Shown in pieces: positions 60,196 to 64,000 of a stretch of DNA of 64,000 nucleotides. The stretch lies in NCBI GenBank assembly GCA_977030845.1, contig OZ365111.1, forward strand, positions 38,688,001 to 38,752,000, read 5' to 3'. How positions within the stretch are numbered: position 1 is the first letter of the stretch; each line of letters begins with the position of its first letter. The stretch is from Fimbriosthenelais zetlandica. Taxonomy: Eukaryota. The notes under the pieces were generated by a model. It was not told where the DNA came from and searched no databases. It worked only from the letters and a program-made list of their open reading frames with translations. Both the position numbers and the translations under genes were made by a program.

Positions 60196-60742
60196 TGTTG
60201 GGGAGTCAGATGGTAGATGCGGCACCGTCAGGATCGTCAATGATGGAATTCAACTAAACAAATCATTACAGTTCCAACATTTATTGAGGGTTACAAGTAC
60301 AATGATAATGGGTGATATTGAGGTTATGCACGTACCTTGGGATGTTAGGGATTTGGAAGGATGTTCTTCTCCCTTCACTCTCTCTCTATTCGATGTAAGT
60401 GCCTAAATGTGTATTCCGAGGCTCCAAGGGTAAAGATGATTTGGAAGGTTTTGCCAGAGAGAGAGTTGACTTGGTGAGAGGGGTGGTTGAGAGTGAAGGA
60501 GAGAAGAGGATCCTTTTATACTGATCTCTGGACGACCCAGGGCAATGAGAATTCATGTATACGTCACGAAAGACTTCTTGTCTACGTCACATAGAGCTCC
60601 TTGTCTACGTCACGTAGAACTCCTTGTCTACGTCACGTAGAACTCCTTGTCTACGTCACGTAGAATAGGACTATGCGGGGGATAATTGATGTTTATGTTG
60701 GTTCTTTGCTGAGTTGGAGTAGATCCAACTCTTACTCCAACA
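60196..60742 (-). mobile_element. Solo LTR (547 bp), probably from a Gypsy-type retrotransposon
   Basis: TGTTGG...CCAACA termini; 4-bp flanks TATC/CATC (TSD with one mismatch); on the minus strand a tandem enhancer-like array, then TATAAAAG (60513-60520), then AATAAA (60280-60285), i.e. U3-R-U5 order. Confidence 0.75.
60555..60665. repeat. 23-bp tandem repeat, ~4.8 copies (ttgtctacgtcacgtagaactcc), inside the solo LTR U3
   Basis: Direct head-to-tail units with no unique spacers; each carries ACGTCA. Confidence 0.92.
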
Positions 60743-62602
60743 CATCTTGAAGTCACTTACTAAATATGTATTATCCCCCGACCCCCACAATGTATTTCAG
60801 GATAAATTCTTCTTTTTTTGTTTTACTAACACGACATTATATAAATACTAGTGTTTTATTCCCTTTTAGTTTATATTATGTAGACCTATTTACGATGTTT
60901 ATCAATTTGAATTTAGTTTATTAATTAATATTCCTAATGGTTCATAACAGGTTATTTCATGCTACCGCCGCGTCGAATTCCAGCTTGCAGCAGCGCATTA
61001 CTTTCTCTGTTTTCGATTGTTTTTTAGTTTGTCTACAATTAATCGCTTTTTATGATTTTATTTCCGTATAAACCGTTATAGTTTTTCCTCGGAATTTTGA
61101 TCTACCTACTCAAGAAGGGGTAAGCATGCAGCGGGGATGAATTCGTTTTTAATATAACCTTTGCGACAAATGATTCGACCATGTAAGTATATAATTTCTT
61201 TTCACTACTAATTGGTGCCGGGAGGAAATATAAGTGTTTATACAATATCAATTTATTTATCAAATACCGACAAATATCTTCTTTCGATGCAGTGGGGACC
61301 ATGATTGTTATAAGAGAAAATATTGTCACTAATTTTATCCCCAAGCTCAACCTCCAATTCCCTTTGCATTCCAGCCTCTTCATAACTCAAATCACCCAAC
61401 ATTCAAGCTTTTTAATCCGCCCCAGACTCCCAGCCCTCAGCAGTGCGGGATCCATCCACACTAGTGGTCGAGGTTTAGAAGTGGAAAACATCACAGTTCA
61501 TGAATTCCTCAGTCACAGGTAAGTTGATACTGTATTATAGGCCTACCGAGTACCCCTGCTAATTGCCCCTGCATCGGGTCCAGACTGACTCAGACCGACG
61601 ATCCCAACCACTGAGGGAACTTAGAACCAGAGTGGGTACCATTGCTCGGACCCGGCCCTCAAAAAGCACTTCATTTTTTCTTGAAAAAAAAGAGATTTTT
61701 CTCGAAAAACAAGTTTTTTCTTGATATTTTCCCTCAAGATTAAATAAAGTTTTGTTGAAAACCGAGAACACGCACACCCTGTCCCATACAAGCATATATA
61801 TATAGATCCTCAAATAAATGATTAAACATGCATGAGGTATTTCCATGTATTTCCAATGTCTGTTTTATATTAAACTTTTTCAGGGACTGAGTTACGAAAA
61901 AGTTGGCTACCCCTATCGCTGCTGTTCACCACACTAGGTACGATACCTAAGTTTTCTAGGGTACCCCCCGCCCCCGACAACCCTCCCAATCCAGTCATCC
62001 TCTCTTCCGCATCATCACTGGCCTTCACTTGGCGAGCCCACCCACCAACTCACTCAGTCACTCACTCAGTCAGTCATACCACGCGGAGTACCTACCTACA
62101 GCCAAGCTATATACCATCTCAAAATGTGACTAAAAACTGCACTATGAGGCCCCCATCTCCCATCAAGGTAGGTAGAAAACCTTTGGAACTATAATTCTAA
62201 GTTTTGTTTTTAAACATATTAGATTTTACTATTAATCCCATTCATGAAAAGAGAATCTACAAAGGGGATGTGGGACCGTGGCCTATATACACATGAGGTG
62301 TCTGGGATTACAACCACAGAGCCTATAGACAGTCACTATAGGGTCCCTGTTACAACCAGGATTCATCCTGCGAGATTCGCTCCCTATTAATGGGTATAAT
62401 ACGAAGAAAGATAATCAGAAGTAGGTTTTATGGAGATTGTTAGTTATCCAGTGAAATTCAGACCGTTGCCATCATTTTGTCTTCTGTCTGGCGTTTATGA
62501 CTCAGTTATCATATTTGTTTGGTATCGGATTTGGACTCCGAACCGTGCGAGGATGTGAGAGGAAGAGGAATGGTGTTGGAGATGGTGTGGGAGGTACATG
62601 CC

Positions 62603-62774
62603 TAAAGCCTGGAACACACTAATCCGATTCTCCTATCCGTGGCGATCCGAACCCCGGCCATTTCTAATGGCATCCAATGATTTAGATTGTGTCAGTGGTT
62701 AGCCTTACCTAGGTGTAAATGACTGTACAAATCCGGATCCGGATAGAGAATCGGATTAGTGTGTTCCATGCTTA
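62603..62774. mobile_element. MITE family B, copy 2 (inverted relative to copy 1)
   Basis: Same TIRs; the internal aaccactgacacaat...cattggat block is present on the opposite strand. Confidence 0.85.
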
Positions 62775-62899
62775 ACACATAACTTATCTATAAGTATGCA
62801 GATACTATTTATTATATTATAAATGCAAATTTCATATTAAATTTTATATTTTTAAATTATTTTTTCAGCTCTCCCACATATAAAAGCCTAAATAATAAT

Positions 62900-63075
62900 A
62901 AAGGTGCCCTCACACTAATCTGATTCTCTATCCGGCTCCATCCGATAGCTGTCCGAAACCATATTTCTATTCACACCAAGTCCTTTAGGCCTACATCTAG
63001 CAACCACTGACATAATTTCAATCATTGGATGTCATTAGAATAGAAATGGGAGATTGGATGGTGATGGATTGGTCC
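62900..63075. mobile_element. MITE family B, copy 3 (degenerate)
   Basis: cacactaatctgattctctatcc...tttctattcacaccaagt...aaccactgacataattt matches copy 1. Confidence 0.7.
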
Positions 63076-64000
63076 GATAAGTAAAATCAACAAAACAGAA
63101 AACCCCCTTGTTGCAAAAATATTCTCAGAGACCAATGTAATCTGCTTGAATTAAGAAGGGAAACCTCATAAAAACTGATGGAGTAGGCTAACCCCCCTCC
63201 ACGTCCCTTATCTGGGATAGAACAGCTGGGATCAACCTCTAGTCATGAATTGACTCAGAGTCGGACTCAGAGTCGGTAGACAGACAGAGCCTGAAATTTA
63301 AGGTTAAGCACACACTCATCATAATAGAGTATAATTTAATGGACCTGCTCAGATTGTTTCTTATTCTCAAATGCCCATTTACAAACATTTTTAGATTCCT
63401 TCGAGATTTTATCAGCTTAACTTAAATTAGATATTTATTCCGCGTAATTTCAGCTGCAATGTGTATTATGCTAAAACACATTTGCACCAAGTCTGATGTT
63501 TTTCATGGTATTTTCCTTCCTCCATAACATATATTTGCATGCCCCAGTATCTTTATTCGTGTCTGAGATATCAACAGCTATATTTCTCTCTATACCACCC
63601 TCGCTAACACCTTATCAACCTAGCTTCATGAAGTGTTTGTGGCAGGTAAATGCATTACCTCATCCAGTAGGAACGCTGGATGTTAATACCTATGCACACC
63701 TGGCCACATTTTCTAGGCTTTTTAGCCAGACGTCAAATCATTCATGACTTCATGAGTTTGTGGTTTGGGGCTGAAGGGAAAATTCTTCATGATGCCAAAC
63801 CCTTCGAATTATAAAAAAAAAATTGATATAAAATGCAGTTAAGATAATTATTATTATATATATCCTTATAAAGGAGTTTTCATATCCGTTAACATTGGAT
63901 CGGTTTTTAAATTTCCTTCTGTTTTTTTCTGAATTCCTCTCGATGCTCTCTTTTTTGAGCATCTGATAATTATGGAAAGCCAAATTTAACTAAAATACCC

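Noticed and set aside
60555-60665. CRISPR-like 23-bp repeats
   Set aside because: Head-to-tail with no spacers, eukaryotic context, inside an LTR.

Overview
Eukaryotic genomic DNA from an animal, probably an invertebrate deuterostome (inferred from the MED13 sequence and the repeat style). The main gene is MED13 (Mediator subunit 13) on the + strand. I traced 21 coding exons from 13181 to the stop at 42424, about 1912 codons with consistent intron phases and one GC-AG intron; the N-terminal ~150 aa were not found and probably lie upstream. One MED13 intron (24260-31114) holds an apparently intact, very young DIRS1-type tyrosine-recombinase retrotransposon (24423-31073). It has Gag-like, RT/RNase H/methyltransferase-like and YR ORFs, ITRs identical at 159/160 bp, and a perfect internal complementary region that spells the circle junction. 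Downstream of MED13 lie a cluster of CTCF-like sites and a candidate bidirectional promoter (~52650-52690). That promoter appears to drive a six-exon minus-strand transcript with no long ORF and possibly a + strand gene for a small secreted protein (55720-60104). Also present are a ~2.9 kb foldback element rich in RFX-type palindromes, a solo LTR with a CRE-like tandem array, two MITE families, a tRNA-derived SINE and many simple repeats. All calls were made by eye; no database search was run.
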